Positions 39,827 to 51,739 of a DNA stretch of 64,000 nucleotides are shown here, one piece after another. How positions within the stretch are numbered: position 1 is the first letter of the stretch; each line of letters starts with the position of its first letter. The stretch is from assembly GCA_051294375.1 (NCBI GenBank), contig JBJCIZ010000744.1, positions 362,285 to 426,284 on the forward strand, in the 5' to 3' direction. The translations under genes were made by a program, and so were the position numbers. Under the pieces are notes generated by a model that saw only the letters and a list, made by a program, of their open reading frames with translations, searched no databases and was not told where the DNA came from. The DNA is from Paraspadella gotoi. Lineage: Eukaryota > Animalia > Chaetognatha.

Positions 39827-40945
39827 CTCACAGTAGATGCTAAAATCTCGTAAAGATCGGACTTTGCCCAAAAACTCGCCGGAGAAAAAATAAGAAAGGG
39901 AAGAAAAGAAAGAAATAAACACAAAGTGAGAGGAAATCAAGAAAGAAAGAAGAAAAGAAAGAAAGGAAGACAGTATCTTACTGGAATGAAGGTCAGAAAT
40001 AAAGATATATGAATTATAAAGATAGATAGAGAAAAGAAAAAAAAAGAAAAAGTGACCTAATATATCGATTCCGGTTTTTTTTTGCTTCCATCGAAATTCC
40101 TCGGATTTCTGAAGTCGCGATATCCAGATTTTTTTTGGCCGAAAAAATCGTAACTCAGTTGTGCTATAGAAATTTGTTGTTGTTGTTATAATCATTTCGT
40201 AGTAGTTGGGTCTTTTGAGTTAATGCCATTATGTATTTACTATTTCATTTATCTATCTTTATTTTCTTTATATATATAATTCATGCATTCATGCAAAATA
40301 TCTACTTTTTCATTCATTCACTTACTCTTCATCGCTGATTCGTTCATTCATATTGATAAACTCATCGAATAATTATAAAAAGTTTATCAAAACTTAATCT
40401 AAAAGATCTCTGTATGTTAAATGAGGAATTAAACAACGAATCGCTCGTTAGGAATTGAAAAGAAAAAAAACAACTCAGTTTTATCGGATCACCGAGTGGC
40501 GATGGTGGAGCTGCGAGATAGAGTATTGAAGGTCACGAAAAAAAAGGTCACGAGGCTGACCTTTGACCCAGCGTCGTCGATGGCATTGAGCGGCGTCGTC
40601 GATGGCATCGGGCGGTGTCGTCGATAGAATCTCGCCACGTCGTCTATGGCATTGAGCGGCGTCATTTATGGCATCGGGCGTCGTCGTTGATGGCAACGTG
40701 CCACTGAGAAAACTTGTATAGAGAGACCTCCAGGCTAAACTCCCGCTCTTCTCCGGCACAACTAATCGCCTACACAGGCGGGGGCGGGGGTTGTGGCATC
40801 GAGCGGCGTCGTCGATGGCATCGGACGGCGTCTTTCTCACGACGGCGGCGTCGGAAACTTTTTCCTCTCTTTTTTTTCGGCGCCGGTTTCCAGCCTCTTA
40901 AGAGATGACAGATTTTATGTCCTCGTGTGGTGAGAAGAGGAGGAT

Positions 40946-41047
<102 letters not shown>

Positions 41048-41160
41048 GTCCCTTTAGATTTCTGGTTACAGGCGAGTAAAAATGGCGCGAGAAGGATGCG
41101 CGAAAGCGTGGAGAAGGAAAGAGCGAGAGCGAGAGCGAGAGAGAGAGAGAGAGGAGAGAG

Positions 41161-41207
<47 letters not shown>

Positions 41208-41499
41208 TTGACGAAAAGCAACCGAGGCGTAGCCATGTGCCAGTCCGACTCTAAAGCCGAGAAAGGCAGACATCGACTATATTTTTCTGTATCCAAATAA
41301 TTTTCCTGTTTGCTTTTCTCATCATCGCACCTTTCTCCCTCTCTCTGCCTCACTCTCTATCTCTCCCTCCCTCCTTCTCTCACTCTTTTCTCTCCCTCTC
41401 TCTCCCCTTTCCCTTCCCTTTCTCTCTCTCTTTCGCTCAAAATTCCCTTCTTGATCGGCCCCATTTTCTTTAGGCTAGACAGAGACAGAGTGACGAAGG

Positions 41500-41581
<82 letters not shown>

Positions 41582-44500
41582 AGAGAAAGAGGCAGCTGGA
41601 AAAACAAGGCGTTTTGTGTTACAACATTCCTCGCGCTTTCTTTATTGAATGGGGGGAGGGGGCGTAGGGCGGAAGGGGGGGCGGTGGGTGGATGGGGGGG
41701 CGTAGGGCGGAAGGGGGGCGGGTCATTGATGTATCGAAGACGCCAACGTCGTTGCGAACCCCATTTTCACTCCCTTCCGCCAGGAGTGAATGGTGTCCGC
41801 TTTTATGAGGGAGGAAAAGGGAAATAAAGAAAATAAAAGAAGGAGGAAAAGGGAATGAAAAAGATCGGAAGAAAAAGGGGATGGAAGGGAAAGGGAAAAT
41901 ACGTGAGAGGAAGACAAAAAAAGGGGGATAGGGAAGAAGGAATAAGGAAAAGGGAAGATGAAAAGAAGATGGAAGAAAAGAGAAGAAGTAAGTAAAGGGG
42001 AAAAAAGAAAAGGGGGAAAAAAAGAGAGAGGAAGATAAAAAAAAGGGAGGAAAGAGAGGGAGAGGGATTAAGGAGAAGGAGAAAGATAAAAGAAAGGAAA
42101 AGGGAAGTAGAGAAATTGATTTGAGATTTTGTGATCATAAGAACAGAGTCAATGTAGCAATGTCATCTCACGGTCTTTTCTTCTATCATTATAATTCCCA
42201 TCCAAAGCTCCATCAACCCATCCTTACCCCGAGGCTTTTTTCTTTCCCCTCGCCCTTCTCCTCTGCTTCTGCCGATGCCCTCGGCTCGAACCGTCAATAT
42301 TGGAGCGACGCTAATTGAAATGGGCTTCTATGGGGAGAATCGATGGTGGAGCTGTGGCAGACGACGCCTTGGAGCGTGGAAAAAAAGAGGGCGCTAAAGG
42401 GGTGGAAACATAAACAACAAAATAAATAAAAGTGAATGAATGCGAGGAATAAGTAACTGAACGAGCGTGGCTTCGTATTCACTGTTCAAGAAGGGCTTAC
42501 CAGTGACCGTGCTGAAAGAGGATCGCCATTCCCACCGACAACCTGGATAGACCCATACTAAGTGTGACCACTGCTCATTGGATAGGGAGGATTTCTTTCT
42601 GTGGCCATGCTTTCCGGAGGTTTAGATATGAAGTGAGGCTTCCTCACGGTGGTTTAAATGACTCGTCAATCTTTTACAAAAAAACATTCCGATTAAGAGT
42701 AGAACCAGGGACTATTGGTTTCAGAGATGAGGCGTTAACCCAATGAGCAGAATAAGGGAATGGTCTTAGAAGATACAGTCGGGGTGAACTTGACTACAGA
42801 GATAATATATGAACGAAAAAAAATTATATTCAACATTAAGCAATGAACGTCTTTGAATTTCCAGAGTGGTACTATGAAGTTCGTTATCCCTCATAATGGA
42901 CTGATAATAACTGATTTGAATAGAAATTTGAATAAATAAAAAAATATATACATAAAAATACGCTGTATTTTCTAAACTTCTTATCAAATCGTGATCAGCT
43001 TCTTCCGATAAATTCATCCAATTGTTTTTTTTTAATCTACGAACTCTACACCCAAAAACCATGACAACAACCACGACGATGAAAACGACGACGACGGCGT
43101 TTCTTCTCCGCATCTCATAACACGGCCATCACATCGACTGGTCATTAACCGAGAATGAATTCAAGCTGCATTAAGTAGAAACCCTATTCAGTATCTGACT
43201 AAACCATAAATCACGGCTCTCGGTAATAATTTCTTTAAATTTAAATTAATTTTTTTTTACAATTTCAACGTAATTTCAACGCATCTTACTCCTCCTCTTC
43301 CTCCTCCTCTTTGCCTCTTCCTTATTGGAGAAGCGATGAACCCTATTTCCTTATCTTCGTTTCTCATTGGGTCTCCAAAAATACGAGATTCAGACGATGG
43401 AACCCTGATCTGTAACGAATTTTCCTTTCTATTCTTACTTACTTTACTTTTTTCCACCCAAAGAAGCGTCAGACAGACTGACAGACTGACAGACAAACTA
43501 AAAAGCGCCTGATAGAGCCAATGCAGGAGCCGTGACTAAAAATAATTTAGAAAAAATTTTCCGCGTTATGAAAACAAATATTTGCTAAAGGGGATCCGTT
43601 ACCGTCGTCGTCGTTGTCGTCGTCGTCGTCATTTTTGTTGCGGCGATTTTTTAATGGAACGAGAGAAAAAAAAGTTTTTTTTCTCTCGATTTTCCTCTCA
43701 TCTTTTTTCATCTTCATCAATTTTATGGGCGCGACTTAACATCACCTTCTTTCGCCCTTCCAGGCCGCCATTAATCCAAATGGTTATCATTCCCTTTTCA
43801 TTCCCGTTTTTTTTTCTCTCTCTCTCTGCTCTGTCTCTCTCTCTTTGCTCTCTCTCTGCCTCCCATTGAGCGCAGAAATTACCGTATAGAAACTGCGCTT
43901 TTGTTATTCTTTTTAAAATTGCCTCCGCCGCCTATCGACGATAAATCAAAACCGAGGATGGGATGAGGCGGGAAAAAAAATGGCGAAAGTAAATGATTTT
44001 TTCTTGTTTTAACGATAGATTGTGATATGAACAATGACAAGATTATGAAAAAATGCAATTATACAATAATATTAAAATCCACTGACAGAACATTTACATT
44101 AAAGAAAGAGACGTAAATACACTTAAAAGTGACAATCGAATTTGACATCAAAATAGCGTATAGTAAAACTTTAAATAAAATAGATTGATCCTTTGTTTTT
44201 TTTTAAACCCCCACCTGAAGCCTTATAAATTTGATGTGCTATTCTTTTTTTAATCTTTTGAAAAAGAGAGACAAATTTTGAGTCTTTTTTCTTCATTTTC
44301 TTCTATCTTTACTTCCATTCTCTCTTCTTTTCCTCTTTTCTCTTTTATCTTCTTTTTTATTTTCTCTCTCTTTCGATTTCGACTTTTCTGCCTCATCCTT
44401 TTTTTTTTCTCTCTCTTCTTGTTCTTTGTTCCTCGGACTCTCCTTCTCTCCTTCCTCCTCTTCCCTCTCTCCTCCTCCTTTCCCATCTCTCTCCTCCTCC

Positions 44501-45087
44501 TTTCCCATCTCTCTCCTCCCCAATTTCTTTCTCTCCAAAGACCAATTTTCTTTTCCACAATCGAGTCTATTTGTCCATCGTGATAACTTAGGTAATATTT
44601 TGCCTGATTAACTGAGCAAAGTGTTACTGAAATTGCCTAGGTAAAGAAATAATTTTTCTTAATTAAGATAGGCAATTTCTGAATCAAAATATTTTGCTTA
44701 TATTTATTTTTAAAGATAAATGAAACAATATATTTTCTTTTATTGTTTTAATTTCGTTATCAACTATATTTTCAATTTGTTATTACTATATTTTAAGCCC
44801 AAAAATACTTTTCCCAGATTGCATGAAATATGAGTATCAGCATTAAGTATGTAAACTACTTGGCTACTACCAGACCCAGAACCAATAGAATTATTAAAGA
44901 AGATTAATTCATTGATAAATAAAAAAATTAACAGATAATAAAGAAATTAGTAATAACAATAAGAATGCATACATTTAAAGAGATTTGTATTCAGTTGTAT
45001 CCTGATATGATTGACTAGATTAAAACTTTGATCAAAGATGATGTAAAAATGTACACAAGACTCAAGTCGCCCAAAAATGTTTTGTAT

Positions 45088-45447
45088 TGAAGAGACAGTA
45101 ATAATTGTTATGTGTTAGTGACAGAATCGTTCAATATAAGCAGTCCCTGAGCTTCGGATCAGGCTGTAACACGATGTTACTGGTGGGTTAAGCGCCCCGT
45201 CCCTCTTAACTGCCAGGCGACCAGGCTAAAACCCGGGACCTTTGGGTTGGGAGGCGAATGACTTGCCTCCGGCACCAATGGCCGCTGATGAACGGTTGGT
45301 GGATTTTCATCCACCATACATCCCCCCTCCCGTAGGGAGAAGTCTGTTGCGTCTCTTCAGTGAATTGTTGTTGTTCGTGGAAAGTTCGTCACCAAGTTGA
45401 GGCATGTCGCCTGATGTGTTGTGGGCGGAAAGTGCATCGCCAGGTTA
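45088..45447 (-). mobile_element. Truncated TRIM family A: 3' LTR (45088-45318) plus PPT and part of the internal region
   Basis: The internal sequence is nearly identical to 47619-47745, then diverges. No matching TSD. Confidence 0.8.
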
Positions 45448-47383
45448 AGGCGGGGTTCGTTTGACGGGGTTTTCAACGGTGAGTTGGGCGCCATCGAGAT
45501 CTCCACGTCAAGGTTCGGAATGAATCTGTTAGAAACGTTTTTAACCGATATTATTATTATTATGGACAAGTCCGTTTAAAAAAAAAAATCCTATTATTAG
45601 ATTTTTCGATGACGTCTCACAAAACGAAATGTTTTATTGCTAATTTACAATACACATTAGAGTGAATGGTGACTCTGTGATTGAATTGAGTGAAATTTAA
45701 TTAATTAAATTTATAGAAAGCCGAGCCGAAATTCGGTTTCTGATCGCGCGCGTGCCGCGGGTCGTTTTGATCGAGCGAGAGTGAATGCGATCGATGAAAG
45801 TGAGAGTTTCCTTTTTTACTCCCGAGGGAATGAGGAAGATCGAGGTGAATCGTTTACAGTAAAAAGGAAACTAAAATATACCGAATCGGCGGAAAAGAAA
45901 GGGATTGGCAAGAATATATGCTGGAATTGTTTTTCTGACAATCACATGGCAATGACTTGTCTTAAGAAACGATGCCTGGAGGCTAACAAAATGAAACTGG
46001 AAGAAAAGGAAAAATGAAATGAATGTTTGAGATTAAAATACAACATTTTGAAATTTGCGATGCCAAAGAAATTAATGGGAATTGGTGGTAAAGTTTCTTG
46101 TGAAGAATATGTCACTCTGACTTTGAAAATAAACAAAACGGAAATAAACGTTTTTGCATATGTAATGGGAAATGAATGTCCGAATTTATTAGGTAGTGAT
46201 GTGTTGGCATCCAATGACAGTATAATTGACCATGAAAAACGTATATTAAAAATAAAAGGTGAAAAAGTAACCTTATTCCGTTCTCCGAGAGAAGCTAAAT
46301 ATAGTAGCTGGACAGACCGACCGACAACCGAAAATATAAAATTTCCCCCTCGTACTGCGATGTCTCTTCCTCCGACGGCTTTGACTTCCGTTGAAGTTTA
46401 ACTCAGCGACCAAAATTCGGCGATCATCTTAACCCTTTGGTAGGGGTTGAACCGAATGACGGAGTACACATCTTGGGATTAACCTACGAAAAAGAGGAAC
46501 ATTTTATATTATTGTTCGTTTCATACCGTCAACTTTAAATGCCGCCGATCAGTTATCGAGAAGTTTGGAACCGAGCGACGGAAATTCGAAAATGTCAGAG
46601 GCTAAAAATATTTTTCGCGATATTGTTATTAGAAATTCACAGGGTGAGGTAATCCCTAACAAAAACCTATTCTCAAAAGATAAAAGAGACGAAATGAATT
46701 TATTTTTCGAAAAGGGGAAAAGAGGGCCCTTGGTAAAAATATCTAAAATAAATTCAGATGAGTCAGAAATCTTCCCTTTAGAATCTTTTTGGGCCCTGGA
46801 TCTCGAAGTAGAATCCGCTGCACCTCAGGGGTTGACACTCAAGAAGCAAACGAATCCGCCTGCAGGATGGCAGTGTAAAAGGAATAAGGGCTGTTGTGAG
46901 AGGAAACCAAAGGATAAGGGCTGTGAGAGGTTTAATTGTAATTTAATTGTAATTGTTTAATTGTAATCGGAGCATTGCTCCTCCTGCTGTGATTGTATAT
47001 CTCAACTAGTGTTTCGATAACCGTTAACTGTTAACGGTTATTAACGGTTAAAAATAATTTTAACTTAACCGTTAATATATTTATTTTAACCGCGCCAGTG
47101 ACTGAAAGCGTCACTGAGGGTCGGAAGCCCCCAAAGCCAACAGTGAGATTCCCTATCCCAAAGGGCATCACAGGCAACCCGGTTGTTGCCATACCCTCTT
47201 ATTTTACTTTTTCTCTCTTTTTCTTTCCCTCTTTTAAAATAACAAAGAAGCAAATGAAATAAAACCGAAATGAATGAAAATGAATAAAAAACCAAATAAA
47301 AAAATTATTTTAAAAAATTTAAAAATTAATAATAGAAGGAACGAATCTTAAAAAAGACATATAAAAAAGAATAACGATGATAT

Positions 47384-48035
47384 TGAAGAGACAGTAATTA
47401 TTGATAAGTGTTAATGACGAACCGTTCAATATAAGCAGTCCCTGAGCTTCGGATCAGGCTGTAACACCGAGTTACAGGCGGTGGGTTAAGCGCCCCGTCC
47501 CTCTTAACTGCCAGACGACCACGGGCTAGAACCCCGGACCTTTGGGTTGGGAGGCGAATGACTTGCCTCCGGCACCAATGGCCGCTGATGAACGGTTGGT
47601 GGATTTTAGTCCACCATACATCCCCCCTCCCGTAGGGAGAAGTCTGTTGCGTCTCTTCAGTGAATTGTTGTTTGGTGGAAAGTTCGTCACCAAGTTGAGG
47701 CATGTCGCCTGATGTGTTGTGGGCGGAAAGTGCATCGCCAGGTTGAGGCATGTTGCCTGAAAGTGTTGTGTTGCTGTTGTGTCGGAAGTCGGGCTCACCA
47801 ATGAAGAGACAGTAATTATTGATAAGTGTTAATGACAGAACCGTTCAATATAAGCAGTCCCTGAGCTTCGGATCAGGCTGTAAACACGAGTTACAGGCGG
47901 GTTAAGGGCCCGTCCCTCTTAACGTCGCAGACGACCACCGGGCTAGAACCCCGGACCTTTGGGTTGGGAGGCGAATGACTTGCCTCCGGCACCAATGGCC
48001 GCTGATGAACGGTTGGTGGATTTTAGTCCACCATA
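47384..48035 (-). mobile_element. Complete TRIM (miniature non-autonomous LTR retrotransposon) with tRNA-derived cassette in both LTRs
   Basis: 5' LTR 48035-47802, PBS TGGTGAGCCCGAC 47800-47788, 183-bp non-coding interior, PPT GGGAGGGGGGA 47631-47621, 3' LTR 47618-47384. Flanks ATAT/ATAA. Confidence 0.9.
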
Positions 48036-48196
48036 ATAATACTTTTTAATTAAACTGAAAAATATATTTATTAATCAATAAATATTTTGATCAATCGATA
48101 AATCAACCAGTCTATCAATAAATTAAAATTCATATTTATATTATGGTCAATGACCATTTGTCATAGTTTATGAAAGACTAACAACAGAAAAGCGTT

Positions 48197-48412
48197 TATG
48201 GTGGACCAAAATCCATCATTGGTGCCGGAGGCAAGTCATTTCGCCTCCCAACCCAAAGGTCGGGTTCTAGGCCGTGGTGCCGCCTAGCAGTTTAAGAGGA
48301 CGGGACGCTTAACCCGCCTGTAACATGGTGTTACAGCCTGATCCGAGCTCAGGGACTGCTTATATTGAACGGTTCCTGTCATTAATACATATAAATAATC
48401 ACTGTCTCTTCA
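48197..48412 (+). mobile_element. Solo LTR family A
   Basis: Perfect TSD CGTT. Confidence 0.85.
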
Positions 48413-48607
48413 CGTTTAAGAAACTAACAAACTACAAAAAAATAATGAGGAGAGAAGAAGTAGAGAAAGAAGAAAAAGAGAAAGCAAAAGAGAGAAAGAG
48501 AAAACAAAATATGAGAATTAGAATTTGATGGTATCCTTTCGTTTCAATTTTTATGAGATTAGCAAAAATATTTGTTTTGTTACAACCAACAATTTATTGA
48601 CATAAAA

Positions 48608-48650
48608 AACAGACATGTTTCGACTCTGTTTCAAGTCTTTATTCAGCGCA
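48608..48650 (-). ncRNA. Degenerate Penelope-type hammerhead motif
   Basis: GCG-CUGAAUAA-AGACUUGAAACAGAGUC-GAAACAUGUC-UG. Core is damaged; related to 8266-8308. Confidence 0.45.
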
Positions 48651-49817
48651 TTCAGGAGCCGAAGTTAAAGAGAAAATACCATTAAATACTTTAGTTTGTG
48701 TTTTAAATCTTAATATTTTAAATTTAAAGTTAAATTATATAAAATTAACCAATCTTAACGGTTAAACTGGTTAAAAATGTTAGTTTTAACGGTTAAGCAA
48801 ATTTTCTAAAAAATTAACAGTTATCGGAACTCTAATCTCAACTAAATAATACGAAACAAAAATGTACGATAAACGTAACATCGACCGATGTCTTATTAGC
48901 TAATAACCGAAATTAGAAATAAAAGATGATTTCGAAAAAATAGAATTACCCAACGCTTTCGCAATTAGGAAGTGAAAGAATCCTAAAACTGCAAAACGAA
49001 TCCACTGAAATACAAAAGTGGAAATCTTGGATAACAAACGACGACTCTCGACCAAATAAGAGCGACGCTTAACAATTAGAGTTGCACGACTTAACAATTT
49101 TACCGAGACAAATACTTTCTTGCGATTTGCTGGGTCCGATAGCAAACTCGAAAGGGTATAAATATATATTCTTACAGTAGAGAATCTTTCTTAATACCGA
49201 TAAAATCTACTTCGGCTGAAGATGTCGCTCATGCCTTTTTAAAAAATATTCGAATCTCATGGAATTTGGGATTGCGTTTCGATCGATGGTAAATGTGTGA
49301 CTCAAAGAAAAGTCGATAGGACTATTTTAAGAAAACTGGGAGTGCAGGTGCAACAAAGTACGTGCGTCAGTAGACATCAGCTTTACTCGGAACGATTAAA
49401 TCAAATCTGTCTGATTCGAATTTTGAAATGGTTAAACAAAGAACCCGACTTACGAAAATGGTCCGACATTTTGAAGAAAGTTGAATTCTCCATAAACATG
49501 AGTCCGTGCGTCTCGTTAGCGGGAAGGAGTCCATTCCAGGTGAGGCGACTTACCTCCGGAATGAAGGCGATGAAGGCGTTGACGCCGGAGATCGACCCTT
49601 TGGAAGGGCGTAAAGCTGTAGAAGAGGATTTTAATATGTTATTGGAAATGCACCGTGAAATTCCTTTCGCGGCATATAACAATTTATTATCTTATCAGCA
49701 ACAATTGAATCCTCGAGATAAGACCGAAGCGTTAAGAAAGGGAGAAATAATCTTTCGAAAACGAATGTTGTTCGCTACAAATATGAACAAATATGATTGT
49801 CGCCGCTTTTGAAGTTT

Positions 49818-49867
<50 letters not shown>

Positions 49868-51739
49868 TCGATCATAAGTCGCCTTACTCGTTTTATTTCG
49901 ATTTCTGGAGATACGATTTTTGTTATTAATTTAACTGATTTATAAACAGAATTATTTTATTTTATCAATTTTTGAAAATGTTGAGATGAAAATAAATGGG
50001 TAATAACATGCATATTGCCATGTAATGTTGATCGAAATCTACCAGGAAAAGGTTGGGAAAATCTTTTCGAAATAAATAAAATATTAACATTTCACACTTT
50101 GCGCTGAGGTGCGACCGGACGTTTCTTACTCTTGTTGCGATGATTGAGCAGAGTACAAGGAACCGACAAAAGATACTATGAAATTTTTTAGTGAAGAAAA
50201 AAAAAATTTAAGTGAAGAGAAAAAATTTTGCAGAACAGTCTATTTGAAAGGGTTGATTGACTGACTTAATGATTGAATTTTTTGGGTTTATTTTAATGCC
50301 CCATTCGCAAGACATAAAAGTCATGATTTCAAGTCCACTATGCCCTATTTTTATTAACTTTCATGCCACAGCATTTCGAAGTTTCCTTTTTCCCCCTTTC
50401 AAATGTATTCAAATAAAAAAAATTATTTGAAAGACACGATAGGCATGGGACGATGCCATTTGGTACGCCTAAGTTACCCCTATTCCATTAATCAAATTTT
50501 TAAACAATTTTTTCCATCTTATTTGAGACATACACCAAACTATTGGTACTATTAACATTTGATTTTCTCAAATCTATTTTGCCGTAATTTCACGAGAAAC
50601 TTTATCATACTCTAAAAACTTAGTAAAAAGAGTTTAAAATGTTTCTGCCAAATTAAAAAATCCGATTGAGGAATCTACTATAATTTATTTTATTCCCCTG
50701 GACATGACATTACCACCAAAAATATGAACAATTTCTTGACCTAGTTACCAAGTATTGAACAAAACTATCATAGTCGCATTTTTTATTAACAATTAAAAAA
50801 GTAGTGTTTTTTTAAATTTTGAGCACTTTGGATAAGAATTATCTCAGCTTTGGGACATTAAGTTTGGTTAAAAAATTATATACTTTGGAATCCTTGAGTT
50901 GCCCTCTTTCAATGCATGCCACTTTTGAAAAAGTAAGAGAATGCTTATTAAAATCCTATTTTTAGTAATACTTAAAATACATTTTAAAATATTTGAAATT
51001 ATTAAAAATTAGAGCTTGATGGTATATTTTTAAAGCTCTGATTATATATTTATCTGTGTACCAAAAAATTTTTAAAAAAAATGGATTACTTTTATGTGAA
51101 AATTTAAAAAAATATAAAATGCACCAATATGCAAATGAGTTTTTTAAAAATGTGGAAAAATTTTTGCTTTAGGCTTATTTTAAATTATGTTTGTACTGAT
51201 TTATAGGCAAAGAATAAACATTATTTGGCAATAATATTTTTAGCAGGATTGACAATTGAATTTTGTTAAAAAAAATTTTGACCTGTGCAAAAAGTTTTTC
51301 AAAATGATTGAATTTATAGTATTGCAGGACTACCCAGGCACCACCTATTACTAAAATTAAAACCATAATATTCACAAATAAGGAAGTTATGCTCATTGAA
51401 AAAATGACCCATCTAAAATATTAGTACTGATAAATATAGAAAAAAACTTTTAGATAGTAACAATATTTCTACAGAAGTTTACAAACCCTCTTGAGTTCAA
51501 GTTAGCAAAATTTTAAGAAAAAAATTTAAAATATATTGGAGCTATGCAAGTTTTTTAAAAAAAATTTTGACCCAATTTTTAAGTGGTTTAAGATTATTTT
51601 TTTTAAAAATTGCTTAAATGGGCAATAGCAATAGCAGACATCCAGGCAACCTCCTATAGAATCCTAAAGCCATTTATCCTATAAATGGAAAAGTTATCCC
51701 ATGTACAGACTTACGACATTCTAGGTTTCCGGTACTGTA

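Larger units (their letters stand above)
47007..48834. mobile_element. Non-autonomous hAT-like DNA transposon
   Basis: TIRs TAGTGTTTCGATAACCGTTAA / TTAACAGTTATCGGAACTCTA. Perfect 8-bp TSD ATCTCAAC (46999-47006 / 48835-48842). Subterminal TTAACGGTT repeats. Confidence 0.8.
45780..49812 (+). mobile_element. Decayed Gypsy-like LTR retrotransposon (gag zinc knuckle, protease and integrase remnants) interrupted by nested insertions
   Basis: CWNCFSDNHMAMTC (CX2CX4HX4C); GIGG...LLGSD (retropepsin C-terminal part); IPIKSTSAEDVAHAF and W..IL..VEFSIN.S......SPF (integrase core end). Confidence 0.7.

Noticed and set aside
42690-42750. Minus-strand tRNA-like sequence (GCTCATTGGGTTAACG...GGTTCTACTC)
   Set aside because: Too degenerate, single copy in the window and no clear acceptor stem. 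It may be an old SINE head.
47585-47618. CTGATGA in family A as a hammerhead core
   Set aside because: No GAAA follows the hairpin and there is no stem III or cleavage triplet.
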